This document shows, piece after piece, positions 38,835 to 48,461 of a stretch of DNA of 64,000 nt. A program made the translations under genes and the position numbers. The DNA comes from Acidimicrobiia bacterium (GTDB lineage Bacteria > Actinomycetota > Acidimicrobiia > Spongiisociales > Spongiisociaceae). Under the pieces are notes generated by a model. It did not search any database and was not told the origin of the DNA. It saw only the letters and a list, made by a program, of their open reading frames with translations. The first letter of the stretch is position 1, and each line of letters starts with the position of its first letter. The stretch lies in NCBI GenBank assembly GCA_041576165.1, contig JBFGLM010000015.1, positions 1-64,000 on the forward strand. Reading direction: 5' to 3'.

Positions 38835-38848
38835 TGCAACCGATTGCA
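38835..38848. promoter_or_regulatory. LacI-type operator site 6 (TGCAACCGATTGCA)
   Basis: Directly upstream of the 7-gene operon carrying the AhpD selenoprotein. Minus-strand TTGACA at 38858-38853. Confidence 0.85.
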
Positions 38849-38868
38849 GGCGTGTCAACCGACCCCGG

Positions 38869-39537
38869 TCATTCAGAGCCCAGGAACTCGAGCAGCGAAG
38901 CCCATACGTGCGCAGCCGCCGCCGGGTGGTAGCGGTCGGGACGGTGGCGATCGTGGAAAGCGTGCCGGGTGCCGGGGTACGAGACAGTCACTGCCTGCAC
39001 GCTCGAATACCGCAACGCCGCAGCCAGGTCGGTGAACGTGGCATTCACCCGCTCGTCGTCTTGGGCATACACCGCCCACACCCGTGCGTGGATCGCCGGC
39101 GCCAGCGTCGGATCGGGACCGATCCCATAGAGCAGCGCTGCCCGCTCTGGGCTCCGGCGAGTGATGAGCGTCCACCCCATCTCCGCTCCGAAGCAGAACC
39201 CGACGACCGCGTGCACCGGTTGCCGGGTGGCCATCCAGTCAAACACGCTGACGAGATCCGCCAGGTGGGTTTCGACATCGACGCCGCGCGTGGTGACCGA
39301 ATCCGGGTGTTCGGCAAAGGCTGCAGAGCCGCCCAACCGGCTCAGCAAGTCTGGCGCCACCACGTCGAATCCGTGGGCTGCGAGCCCGTCACAAACCTCC
39401 AGCATGTACGGCACCAGGCCGCGGTTCTCATGGATGAACAGGACCCTGTCGGCTCCATGCCCGGTCGCCGGCCGGACCGAATACGCGTGCTCGACAGATA
39501 GTGGCAGATCTACCCAGCCTCGCCGGAGCTCGGACAT
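38869..39537 (-). CDS. Dienelactone hydrolase family protein
   Basis: IHENRGL, APDLLS, GFCFG and HAFH motifs. Confidence 0.9.
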   Translation of the reverse strand: MSELRRGWVDLPLSVEHAYSVRPATGHGADRVLFIHENRGLVPYMLEVCDGLAAHGFDVVAPDLLSRLGGSAAFAEHPDSVTTRGVDVETHLADLVSVFDWMATRQPVHAVVGFCFGAEMGWTLITRRSPERAALLYGIGPDPTLAPAIHARVWAVYAQDDERVNATFTDLAAALRYSSVQAVTVSYPGTRHAFHDRHRPDRYHPAAAAHVWASLLEFLGSE

Positions 39538-39634
39538 GCTCCACTCACCTCCAACGGATCTTGACACCTTCCGGCAGTATTAACGACCGAGCCATCCTCT
39601 TAGGATCGACGTTCATGCCCATCGAAGGATTGAC

Positions 39635-40204
39635 ATGCGGGTGAACACCGACAAGCTGGCGGCCAACGTATGGGAAACTGCGGCGCAGTTGCGGGCCGAC
39701 CCGGCGGCCGGACACGTCCACCCCGGTGTCGAGACCCAACTGATCGAAAACGTTCATGCGCGATCCGATTTCGTTCAGTACGGAAAATCCTTCTCGTTCG
39801 AGTGCGATGAGGCGGTCGAGAGAGCCGGAGACGGGGAAGCTCCCAGTCCGCTGCGCTACCTCCTGTCCGGACTCGCGTTTTGTATGCAGGTGTGGTACGC
39901 CAAAGGAGCGGCACTCGCCGGCTGCCATCTCGAGGACCTCCAAATCGACGTTGACACCTACATGGACATGCGCGGCGAGCACCTGATCGACGACGTTCCA
40001 CCGCATCCCCAGTGGATGAGAATCCAGGCCCGGGTGGCGAGCCCAAGCGATGCCGGTACCGTGCTACAGATGGTTGACGAAGCGAATGCCCGTTGCCCTG
40101 TCTACAGCCTGATCTCGCGGGCTGTGCCGATCTATGAGCACATCTGGCACAACGGCGATCTGATCCGGAACACGTTCCCCAACGGACTGGAAACCGGCGA
40201 GTGA
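39635..40204 (+). CDS. OsmC-family protein
   Basis: CDE...AGDGEAPSPL, LAFC and RCPV motifs. Confidence 0.85.
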   Translation: MRVNTDKLAANVWETAAQLRADPAAGHVHPGVETQLIENVHARSDFVQYGKSFSFECDEAVERAGDGEAPSPLRYLLSGLAFCMQVWYAKGAALAGCHLEDLQIDVDTYMDMRGEHLIDDVPPHPQWMRIQARVASPSDAGTVLQMVDEANARCPVYSLISRAVPIYEHIWHNGDLIRNTFPNGLETGE

Positions 40205-41388
40205 GCGGCGCACTATCCGGCGTGCGGGTGATCGAGTTGTCCCGCTACATCGCCGCCCCGGTGACGGGCAAAACACTCGGCGAGCTGGGCGCCGAAGTGA
40301 TCAAGATCGAGGATCCGGAGCGGGGCGACCCGATGCGCTACTGGCAGTCGGGCGACCGAGAACACAGTCCCCAGTTCGCCGCATACAACCGGGCGAAGCA
40401 GGGCATGACCCTCAATCTGAAGTCCGATGCCGGCAAGGAGGTCTTCCTGCGGCTGGCCGATGGGGCGGATGTGGTGGTCGAGAACTTCCGGCCGGGAGTG
40501 ATGGACCGCCTCGGTCTGGGCTGGCCCAGCTTGCAGGCTCGCAACCCGCGCCTGATCTACGCAAGCATCACCGGCTTCGGCTCGAAAGGACCCTACGTCG
40601 ACCGTCCGGCCTACGACACGGTGATCTCAGCCATGGGCGGTTTGTTCAGCCAGATCATGGACACCACCCACCCCCAGCCGGTGGGGCCGGCATTCTCGGA
40701 CATCCTGTCGGGCACCTACGCGGCACTCGGCGTGCTTGCGGCACTGTACGCCCGGCAGTCCACGGGGCGTGGCCAGTACGTCGACGCAACGATGCTGCGG
40801 GCCGTGTTGGGGTTCCTGGTCGAGTCGGGCTCCACTTTCCTGGATCAGCAAGACGTCAACGAGTCCACGACCCGCCAGCGACGGGCGCAGTCATACGGCA
40901 TGGTCTCGTCCGACGGACTGCCTTTCATTCTCCACATGTCGGTCCCGGAGAAGTTTTGGATCGCCACCACCGAAGCGTTCGGCCTCGAACATTTGCGGGA
41001 CGACCCGCGTTTCGGTGACCGCCAGGCCCGGTACGACAACTACTTTGCGCTGGACGCCATTCTCAAAGAGCGGGCCACGACCAAGCCGCTGGATGAGTGG
41101 TTTCGGATCCTCGAGGCAGCCGACCTTCCCCATGGTCAGATCAACGGACTCGATACGGTCTTCGATGATCCCCAGGTACGAGCCCTCGATGTGGTGGAGA
41201 CCATCGAGATGCCCCACGGCCAGCGGCCTCTCAGTCAGGTAGGTCCGCCGTTCCGGATGTCCGATACTCCCTTGCGGGCCACTCCCCCCGCGCCAACCCT
41301 CGGGCAGGACACGGATCGGATCCTGGACGACCTCGGGTATTCGGTCGGCGAGATCGCAGCGATGCGGGAGAGCGGCGTCATCTCATGA
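40201..41388 (+). CDS. CaiB/BaiF (family III) CoA-transferase
   Basis: LGAEVIKIE, NRAK, ENFRPG, SITGFG and PAYD motifs. Confidence 0.94.
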   Translation: MSGALSGVRVIELSRYIAAPVTGKTLGELGAEVIKIEDPERGDPMRYWQSGDREHSPQFAAYNRAKQGMTLNLKSDAGKEVFLRLADGADVVVENFRPGVMDRLGLGWPSLQARNPRLIYASITGFGSKGPYVDRPAYDTVISAMGGLFSQIMDTTHPQPVGPAFSDILSGTYAALGVLAALYARQSTGRGQYVDATMLRAVLGFLVESGSTFLDQQDVNESTTRQRRAQSYGMVSSDGLPFILHMSVPEKFWIATTEAFGLEHLRDDPRFGDRQARYDNYFALDAILKERATTKPLDEWFRILEAADLPHGQINGLDTVFDDPQVRALDVVETIEMPHGQRPLSQVGPPFRMSDTPLRATPPAPTLGQDTDRILDDLGYSVGEIAAMRESGVIS

Positions 41389-42272
41389 GTCGCGGGATCG
41401 TCGCGGTTGACATTCACACGCATCCACAAACCGAAGAGTTCCTCGCCGCCATGGGGGCCCGCCGGCGCCAGATGGGTGAGCATTTTGGTCGCGAGCGCCT
41501 TCCGGTCAGTTTCGCCGAGCAAGCCGACCAGTATCGGGATCGCCAGATGATGGCGGTGCTGTGCAACAGCGACGACGAAACTGTTTCCGGAGTGCCCGGC
41601 GCGCCCAACGACCTCATCGGCGACGCCGCAGCCGATCACCCTGATACTTTCATTCCGTTCGCCGGGATCGATCCCCACAAAGGCCAGGGCGCCATCGATG
41701 AGATCCGCCGCTGCCACGCCCAGTTCGGCATCAAAGGGGTGGGCGAACTGAACCCAGCCCGCCAGATCTTCCGGCCAAATGACCAGACGTTCTACCCAAT
41801 CTGGGAAGCCTGCCAGGAACTCGGGCTGGTCGTGATGTTCCATATGGGGTTCGCCGGCGCGGGCGCCGGCCGACCGGGTGGCATGGGCTACAAGCTCGAG
41901 CCGCTCCGCGCCATACCTTTCTTGGACGACGTGGCCGCGGACTTTCCCGAGCTGAACATCATCCACGCCCATCCTGGCTGGCCGTTCCACAGCGAGGCGC
42001 TGGCCGTGTGCTGGCACAAGTCCAACGTCTACATAGATCTGTCGGGATTCGCCCCCCGCTACTTCCCCGATGAGGTCATCCACTACGCGAACTCGCTGAT
42101 TCAGGATCGGGTGCTGTTCGGCACGGACTGGCCCGTGATAGAGATCGATCGGTGGCTCGACGAGTTCGCGGAACTACCGATCAAAGACGAAGTCCGCCCC
42201 AAGATCCTGCGAGACAACGCGGCCCGCCTGCTGGGGCTGGATGTACGAGCGATATCCGGCGGTCTTGGTTGA
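41385..42272 (+). CDS. Amidohydrolase_2 family protein (CouO-like)
   Basis: DIHTH, FHMG.AGAGAG.PGGMG, AHPGWP and FGTDWP motifs. Confidence 0.88.
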   Translation: MSRGIVAVDIHTHPQTEEFLAAMGARRRQMGEHFGRERLPVSFAEQADQYRDRQMMAVLCNSDDETVSGVPGAPNDLIGDAAADHPDTFIPFAGIDPHKGQGAIDEIRRCHAQFGIKGVGELNPARQIFRPNDQTFYPIWEACQELGLVVMFHMGFAGAGAGRPGGMGYKLEPLRAIPFLDDVAADFPELNIIHAHPGWPFHSEALAVCWHKSNVYIDLSGFAPRYFPDEVIHYANSLIQDRVLFGTDWPVIEIDRWLDEFAELPIKDEVRPKILRDNAARLLGLDVRAISGGLG

Positions 42273-42318
42273 AAGCGCAGGTGGCGGAGGGTACCGTTCA
42301 GCTACGCAATCGTTTGCG
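42269..42318 (+). promoter_or_regulatory. Sigma70 promoter plus LacI-type operator site 7 (CGCAATCGTTTGCG, 42305-42318)
   Basis: TTGAAA(42269)-17-TACCGT(42292), with the operator near the expected +1 of the ABC operon. Confidence 0.82.
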
Positions 42319-42358
42319 GGAACCGATACCCGCGTGAGAGAGCGAGTGGGCAAGAGGC

Positions 42359-43273
42359 ATGAGCCAGGCAGCCAGTTACGGCGCAGGTAAGCCCCTCATC
42401 GTGGCTGAGGGCATGACCGCCGGATATGAGCTCGAACGCGAACGTAAGCTTCTCACCGCCCTGGTCAATATCACCATCACCGTCCACGAAAGCGAGTTCC
42501 TGGTCCTCGTTGGACCATCAGGGTGCGGTAAGACAACGTTCGTCAACGTCGTAGCCGGTCTGGTGAAGCCGTGGGAGGGCACCGTCACGTTTGAGGGCAA
42601 ACCCATTCAGGGTACCGGCCCCAACCGCTCGATGGTCTTCCAGGACTACGCGATCATGCCGTGGCGCACCGTCCAGCAGAACGTGCTGCTGCCGTTCGAA
42701 CTGCGGGACCTGGGGATCTCCAAAGACGAGGCGCACCAGCGAGCGCGAGCCATGATCACCGACGTCGGCCTAGGCGGATTCGAGGACTCGTATCCGCATG
42801 AGCTGTCGGGCGGGATGCGTCTGCGGGTGGGTATCGCACGGGCGATGGTGACCCAGCCCAAGGTGCTGCTGGCCGACGAGCCGTTCGGCGCTTTGGACGC
42901 CATGACGCGCGAGGTGCTCCAGGCCCAGTTGGAAGCCCTGGTCATGAACGCCGGTCAAACCGTGGTATTCATCACCCACAGCATCGACGAGGCCATCGCC
43001 CTCGGCGACAGGGTGGCGGTCATCTCCCACCGGCCTGGAACCATTCGCGAGATCGTCGAAGTTGATATCCCTAGACCGCGGCTGGCCGAGGGCGAGATCA
43101 CCGGGCACCCCAGGTACGGCGAGTTACGCGAACATCTGTGGAACCTGGTCAAGGACGAAGCCTTCGGAGCGAAGGACGTAGCGGTCGATGAGGACGACGA
43201 GCACGAGACGCTGCACACAGCGGCCAAACTGAACGAGATGGGCGGGTACGCCGGAGGCGAGGTCATCCGATGA
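42359..43273 (+). CDS. ABC transporter ATP-binding protein (NitT/TauT family)
   Basis: GPSGCGKT, LSGGM, DEPFGALD and FITHSIDEA motifs. Confidence 0.95.
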   Translation: MSQAASYGAGKPLIVAEGMTAGYELERERKLLTALVNITITVHESEFLVLVGPSGCGKTTFVNVVAGLVKPWEGTVTFEGKPIQGTGPNRSMVFQDYAIMPWRTVQQNVLLPFELRDLGISKDEAHQRARAMITDVGLGGFEDSYPHELSGGMRLRVGIARAMVTQPKVLLADEPFGALDAMTREVLQAQLEALVMNAGQTVVFITHSIDEAIALGDRVAVISHRPGTIREIVEVDIPRPRLAEGEITGHPRYGELREHLWNLVKDEAFGAKDVAVDEDDEHETLHTAAKLNEMGGYAGGEVIR

Positions 43274-44175
43274 CACAAGCACCAGTCAAGACGACCGACG
43301 GCACCACGATCGAGTCCCAACCGCGGATTCGCGACGCCAAATGGACGTGGTCTCGAATATGGACCCGCTACCGATTCGCCATCATCACCGTGATCAACCT
43401 CACAGTGTTCTTCTTGATCTGGCAGTGGTTCGCCACGTCGGGCCGCGTCAACCCGCTGGTCTTTCCGGCGTTTACCGACGTGTTGAGCTCGCTCAAGATC
43501 GGCTGGCTGGGTGGCGGCAACCTCGAAGGTTTCAACAACCGCATGCTCGCCGATTTCGTGATCGTTCAGAACTTCTGGGAGACGCTCAAGATCTACAGCG
43601 TGGCGATGGTGATCGCCATCGGTGTTGGCATCCCGATCGGGCTGCTCATGGGCGGCAGCAAGTGGGTCGACGCCATCATGAGTCCTTACGTGTGGACACT
43701 GTCATCGCTGCCACGCATCGCCATCTATCCCATCCTGCTTCTCTTCCTGGGCATCGGGACCCAGGTCAAGTACGCAATCATCCTGTCGACCGCGATCTTT
43801 CCCGTGATCATCAACACGTGGGCCGGCGTGAAGACCACGGAACAATCCTTGATCAACGCCGCCAAAGTTTTCGGAGCAAAGAAACGCCAGATCTACCGCA
43901 AGGTCGTGTTGCCGTACACGTTGCCTTTCGTCGTGTCGGGTGTGCAGCTCAGCCTGAGCCGCGGCCTGATCGGAGTCGTGCTGGCCGAGTTCCTGTCGGG
44001 CGCCACGAAACTGGGCGGGATCGGATGGCTGGTCTTTCGATCCGCCGCGGCCTTCAACGCTCCACTCACCTACGCCTCGCTCCTGAGCTTGGCGGTGTTT
44101 GCGCTAATTCTCGTGCAAGGGACGAGATCCATGGAGGCGAGGATCGCCCCATGGCGTCAGGTCACAACGACCTGA
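43270..44175 (+). CDS. ABC transporter permease (NitT/TauT family)
   Basis: LPRIAIYP, EAA loop NAAKVFGA and VVLAEF. Confidence 0.93.
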   Translation: MTQAPVKTTDGTTIESQPRIRDAKWTWSRIWTRYRFAIITVINLTVFFLIWQWFATSGRVNPLVFPAFTDVLSSLKIGWLGGGNLEGFNNRMLADFVIVQNFWETLKIYSVAMVIAIGVGIPIGLLMGGSKWVDAIMSPYVWTLSSLPRIAIYPILLLFLGIGTQVKYAIILSTAIFPVIINTWAGVKTTEQSLINAAKVFGAKKRQIYRKVVLPYTLPFVVSGVQLSLSRGLIGVVLAEFLSGATKLGGIGWLVFRSAAAFNAPLTYASLLSLAVFALILVQGTRSMEARIAPWRQVTTT

Positions 44176-44198
44176 ACCGGATGGGAGGAAGGACGATT

Positions 44199-45377
44199 AT
44201 GACGACAAGGGATCTTGCTCGACTCGGCATCACACGGCGGAGGTTCCTGCAGATGTCGGGACTCGCGGCCGGTGGCCTGCTCATCGGCGCGTGCGGAGGC
44301 GACGACGAGCCAGCCGCAACAACAGCAGCCGACGCCGCAGCTGAGACCACCGCGGCACCGGCCGCCACCGACGCACCGGCGGACACCGGTGACATGATGG
44401 CCCCGCCGCAGTCGGAGCTCGAGGTGGTGCGTTTTGACTTCAACACGCCGAACGTGAACCTGCAGGCTCCGTACTGGATCGGCATATCCAAGGGCTTCTT
44501 CGAGGAGGTGGGAATCGATCTGCGGCCCGAGAACATCACGGGTCTGGACGAATATCTGCCTCCCATGTTCGCCGGCGAGATCGACATCGCTCTCATGGAC
44601 GCGGTCATCGTGTTCCCGGCTGAGGACGCCTCGGTGCTCGACGGCAGTCCGAACGGCCTGAAATGGGTCGGGTGCGTCCTCGGTGCCCAGCCGATCATCA
44701 TGATCGCCAACCCTGGTGTCACCGCCGACAACCTCGCAGACAAAACGATCGGATGCGCCCGGGCGGGAAGCACCAATGAGGTCCTGGCCAAGTTCGTGCT
44801 CGGCGAATTGGGATACGACTGGCAGACCGACGTGAACTGCGTCAACCTGACCGGTGGCTCGAACGACTGGGTGACGGCCATGCTCTCCGGGCAGATCGAT
44901 GCCACCCTGGCCTTCCCGCGCCACATTGCGCTCGCGGAAGCAGAGGGCGGCAGCGCCATCTACAACCAGCCACGACTCGATCCTCAGGCAGGATTGGGCG
45001 TGCTCCAGTCGACGCTGGAGGAGTACCCGACCTTCGCCACCGCTTGGAACTACGCCTACATCAAGTCGCAGCAGTGGGTCAAGGACCCGGCCAACTGGGA
45101 GGAATCACGCGAGATCCTGGTGAACGAGTTCGGTCTCGATTATCCGGACAACACGTTCGCTGCGATGGACATTGATGCCGGAATCATGACGAGCGATCTC
45201 GGCTGGAGTCCCGACGACATGGATACGCTGATGGAGTTCTCCCAGGAGTTCGGTGGCTACCGTGCGGACCTGCCGTGGCGGGACTACGTCGATCTGACGC
45301 ATCTCCACGCCGCCCAGGAGGCGCTGGAATTGCCGCTCAACCCGGTGGACGTGAACACCGGCGTCACCAACCTCTGA
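44199..45377 (+). CDS. ABC substrate-binding lipoprotein (SsuA/THI5-like) with Tat signal
   Basis: TRRRFLQ twin-arginine motif, lipobox IGAC, Ala/Thr linker and KGFFEEVGID. RBS GGAGG. Confidence 0.9.
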   Translation: MTTRDLARLGITRRRFLQMSGLAAGGLLIGACGGDDEPAATTAADAAAETTAAPAATDAPADTGDMMAPPQSELEVVRFDFNTPNVNLQAPYWIGISKGFFEEVGIDLRPENITGLDEYLPPMFAGEIDIALMDAVIVFPAEDASVLDGSPNGLKWVGCVLGAQPIIMIANPGVTADNLADKTIGCARAGSTNEVLAKFVLGELGYDWQTDVNCVNLTGGSNDWVTAMLSGQIDATLAFPRHIALAEAEGGSAIYNQPRLDPQAGLGVLQSTLEEYPTFATAWNYAYIKSQQWVKDPANWEESREILVNEFGLDYPDNTFAAMDIDAGIMTSDLGWSPDDMDTLMEFSQEFGGYRADLPWRDYVDLTHLHAAQEALELPLNPVDVNTGVTNL

Positions 45378-45397
45378 CGAACCAGCAATCGAGATAT

Positions 45398-45430
45398 CGA
45401 TCGGGGCCCGGCATCGCCGGGCCCCGATCG
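45398..45430. terminator. Hairpin between convergent genes
   Basis: CGATCGGGGCCCGGC-ATC-GCCGGGCCCCGATCG, a perfect 15-bp stem. Confidence 0.8.
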
Positions 45431-45521
45431 TATGCAGGTACCCATCAAATGTCGCTCCTCATAGTCTGCATCTCGTCGCGTCAGACCAGATCGAGTCGCT
45501 TTCACCGCTGTGATGCTGGCC

Positions 45522-46868
45522 TCATGCAAGGCCGAGGGGATATTCGGTCAAAAGCTCCGGGCCGGATTCGGTCACGACAATCTGCTGCTCCAGCTTGACT
45601 CCCTCTCCCCCCTCCCTCCGGCCGGCGAAGGCCTCGACGCTTACCACATTGCCCGCTTCGATCACGCCGTCAAAGCCGGTCTGGTCCCACAGTTCCCGGA
45701 TGTAGATCGACGGGTATTCATCGGCCATGCCAACGCCATGGGCCAGCACGGTGTAGCCGTTGTAATCGTCCGGCGAGGGGTAGGTCGCCTTTTCGGTGAT
45801 TTCCCGATAGGCGGCGCCAGGGACAAACAGCGGACTGTTGGCCTCGATCATCTCGTTCGCCCGGGCCCACAGGTCCGCCTGGGTGGGGGTCGCCTTGACG
45901 TCGCCGCACACCCAGGAGCGGCTCATGTCGACGCACATGCCGTAGGCGCTGATCATGTCCGTATCGAAAGCCAGGATCTCCCCCGCCTCGACCTGCTTGC
46001 TGCTGGCCTCCTGGTACCACGGATTGGTGCGCGGCCCCGAGCTCAGAAGCCGGGTTTCGATCCACTCTCCAAACCGCAGAAAGTTGGACTCCTGAAGGCG
46101 GGCCCACAACGCCACCTCGGTCACGCCCGGTTCGAAGATCGCCCGCATGTCGTCGATGGCGGCCTGGCAGGAATACACCGCACAGCGCATCGCCGTGATC
46201 TCCTCCGGGTGCTTGACAAGCCGGGCGTCTTCCATCAGCTGCATACCGCTGATCAAGTCCACGCCGAGCGCTTCGAGCGCCCTGATACCGTCCAGGCTGA
46301 GCATGTCAATGGCCAGTCGGCGCCCGCCGGAGCGGGAGACCTCGTCGATGGTGTCGACCAGCTCGTGAGCCCACCGGACGGCGATCTCGGGCCGCCGATC
46401 GCCTACATAGAACGGCCAGAAAGACGTCGCCGGGCGGATCTCGGCGACTGTCTCTGCATGGGCGGACAGAAACTCGCCATTGGAGTATTCGTACATGATC
46501 ACCGGCCCGTCGGCCGGGACCAGGGCGTAGCGCACAGCGTTGTGGGCCGTCCAGATCGACATGTTGGTGCTGTCGGTGGCGTAGCGAATGTTGACCGGGT
46601 CGTACAGCAACGCAGCGTCGCACTCGGCCGCCTGGAGCTGGGAGCGGACGCGCTCGAGCCGATAGCTGCGGATCGTGGGCAGGTCGGGCAAGGCGAGCCC
46701 GGCCGCCTGCCACTCGACCACAGTTTCGGGACGGGGTCCGATCACATGCATGTTGCGGTTGGTGTGCTCCAGCAGCCACGGCGGAGCGGGGCGGCCGCCC
46801 CGGATCTTGGGCTGATGCCGGCCGTGCACGCTGGGATCAACCACGGCTACAGCTGCAGCCACGCCCAC
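45522..46868 (-). CDS. dddP: DddP-like DMSP lyase (M24 fold)
   Basis: EW.AAGLALPDL, NIRYATDSTNM, GEWIETRLLSSGPRTNPWYQE, FDTD...CVDMSR, HGVGMADEYP and KLEQQ match DddP motifs as recalled. Confidence 0.8.
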   Translation of the reverse strand: MGVAAAVAVVDPSVHGRHQPKIRGGRPAPPWLLEHTNRNMHVIGPRPETVVEWQAAGLALPDLPTIRSYRLERVRSQLQAAECDAALLYDPVNIRYATDSTNMSIWTAHNAVRYALVPADGPVIMYEYSNGEFLSAHAETVAEIRPATSFWPFYVGDRRPEIAVRWAHELVDTIDEVSRSGGRRLAIDMLSLDGIRALEALGVDLISGMQLMEDARLVKHPEEITAMRCAVYSCQAAIDDMRAIFEPGVTEVALWARLQESNFLRFGEWIETRLLSSGPRTNPWYQEASSKQVEAGEILAFDTDMISAYGMCVDMSRSWVCGDVKATPTQADLWARANEMIEANSPLFVPGAAYREITEKATYPSPDDYNGYTVLAHGVGMADEYPSIYIRELWDQTGFDGVIEAGNVVSVEAFAGRREGGEGVKLEQQIVVTESGPELLTEYPLGLA

Positions 46869-46886
46869 CGCTCGGGCCGGGCATCC

Positions 46887-48461
46887 TCATACCTTCATCA
46901 CTTCGGATGGGTCGCGACCGAGGTCTTGCAGCATGATGATGGCGGCGTTGCGGCCGGGCGCACCGGTTATCGAGCCGCCGGGATGGGTCGTGCCGCCAGT
47001 TTGGTACAGACCGGCAATCGGCATCCGATGCTGGGCCCACCCGGGCACCGGACGCATCGGCCCCGTATGGGCGATCGTTCGATCCCCGCCGTGGAAGGCG
47101 CCGCGGATCATGTGCGGGTTCCAGGCTTCGATGTCGTCCGGCGACTTGACCATCCGACCGACGATCTGATCGGAGGTGAAGTTGGGCGCGAACTTCTGCA
47201 CCCGCTCGAGGAAGCGGTTGGTCACGACTTCTTTCTCAGTTTCCCACGCCCGACCCGCCGGCAGTTCGTAGGTCTGAGCGCTCAGCAGTTTCACCGTGTG
47301 GAGGTCATCCACCGACCGGCTCTGGTCGACCAGAGTGGGGGTCGCCACCAGGAGAAACGGTATGTCCTCGAAGAACACGCCGTCGGACATGTCCCGAATA
47401 GCCCGCCGGATCTGCTCGGGCCAACCGGCGATCCCGGCCGACACCGCCGTTTGGCCGCCCCCGGCCGTAGCGAAAACGGGCGGCTCTTTCGCGGCCAGAT
47501 ACGCCGCGAAGCCAGAGAGGCCAACGTCGTACGTGTCAACGCCGTACCGAAAGTCGTCGCCCCACGCCTCGCTCGGCGCCATGTCCACGAGGTGCTTGAT
47601 GTGCACGGTTGAGAGCACCGCATAATTGGCGAGGTACCGGTCGCCGCTGGTTGTCTCCACTCCGATGCATCGCCCGTTTTCGATGATGAGCCTGCTCACG
47701 GTCTGGTTGCACACGATCTCCGCCCCGCGCTCTTCCAGGAACTCGACCAGAGCGTCGACCAGCCGGCCCGAACCGCCCAGTGGTATCGACCAACTGTTCT
47801 GCTGGCGCCCGTAGATCAGCGAGTACGCCAGCACACCGGTACCGGGCCGGTCGAGCGCCACCAGGGTCTGGAAGGTCATCCACAGCATGAAGCTCTGGAC
47901 ATGACGGCTCTCGAATTCACGCATGATGACGTCGAACGCAGACATCATCCGCCGCCGTTGCCATGTCGAGCGACGGGGGTGATCTGCCAGCAGCTGATCG
48001 AGCGACGGGCCGTGACCGAGCGGCTGGAACCGGCCCTGCCCGAATAAATGCTTGACGGCCCCGTACTCCTCCAACATCTGTTCATAGGCCCGGGCGTCGT
48101 TGGCCGAAAAGCGAGCAAACTCGGCGGCGGTGCGCTCCACATCGAGCCACATGGTGAGGTGCTCGCCGTCGGGCATCGTGACGTGGCCGACCGGATCCGG
48201 GTCGACATACTCGAGGCCGTGTTTGGCAACCAGTCCGAGCTCGTCGTGGCGGATCAGCGGGTTCACCCGGATGAGCGTGTGCCCCGTCGAGCACGTGTCG
48301 ATCCCGAGGCCGGGAAGCAGCAGCTCCTCGGTGGCCGCCCCTCCCCCTGGGATGTCGCGGGCGTCCAGTATCACGCACGAGTAGCCCGCCTGGGCCAGGT
48401 ACGCGGCCGTGATCAGGCTGTTGTGACCGGCGCCGGCGATGACGATGTCAGCCGTAGTCAT
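46887..48461 (-). CDS. FAD-dependent oxidoreductase, phytoene-desaturase-like family
   Basis: GAGHNSL..AAYLA, GGSGRL and GLYQTGGTTHPGGSITGAPGRNAA motifs. Confidence 0.9.
   Translation of the reverse strand: MTTADIVIAGAGHNSLITAAYLAQAGYSCVILDARDIPGGGAATEELLLPGLGIDTCSTGHTLIRVNPLIRHDELGLVAKHGLEYVDPDPVGHVTMPDGEHLTMWLDVERTAAEFARFSANDARAYEQMLEEYGAVKHLFGQGRFQPLGHGPSLDQLLADHPRRSTWQRRRMMSAFDVIMREFESRHVQSFMLWMTFQTLVALDRPGTGVLAYSLIYGRQQNSWSIPLGGSGRLVDALVEFLEERGAEIVCNQTVSRLIIENGRCIGVETTSGDRYLANYAVLSTVHIKHLVDMAPSEAWGDDFRYGVDTYDVGLSGFAAYLAAKEPPVFATAGGGQTAVSAGIAGWPEQIRRAIRDMSDGVFFEDIPFLLVATPTLVDQSRSVDDLHTVKLLSAQTYELPAGRAWETEKEVVTNRFLERVQKFAPNFTSDQIVGRMVKSPDDIEAWNPHMIRGAFHGGDRTIAHTGPMRPVPGWAQHRMPIAGLYQTGGTTHPGGSITGAPGRNAAIIMLQDLGRDPSEVMKV

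Noticed and set aside
43341-44198. N-terminal extension giving a 678-aa protein
   Set aside because: It overlaps the permease in another frame. The real start is 44199, with an RBS and Tat signal.
45510-47612. 700-aa plus-strand ORF and many similar long ORFs
   Set aside because: These are antisense shadows of well-supported genes, common in high-GC DNA, with no recognisable motifs.
46887-48461. Carotenoid biosynthesis gene crtI
   Set aside because: There is no crtB or crtE nearby, and the catabolic operon context fits the broader FAD oxidoreductase family.
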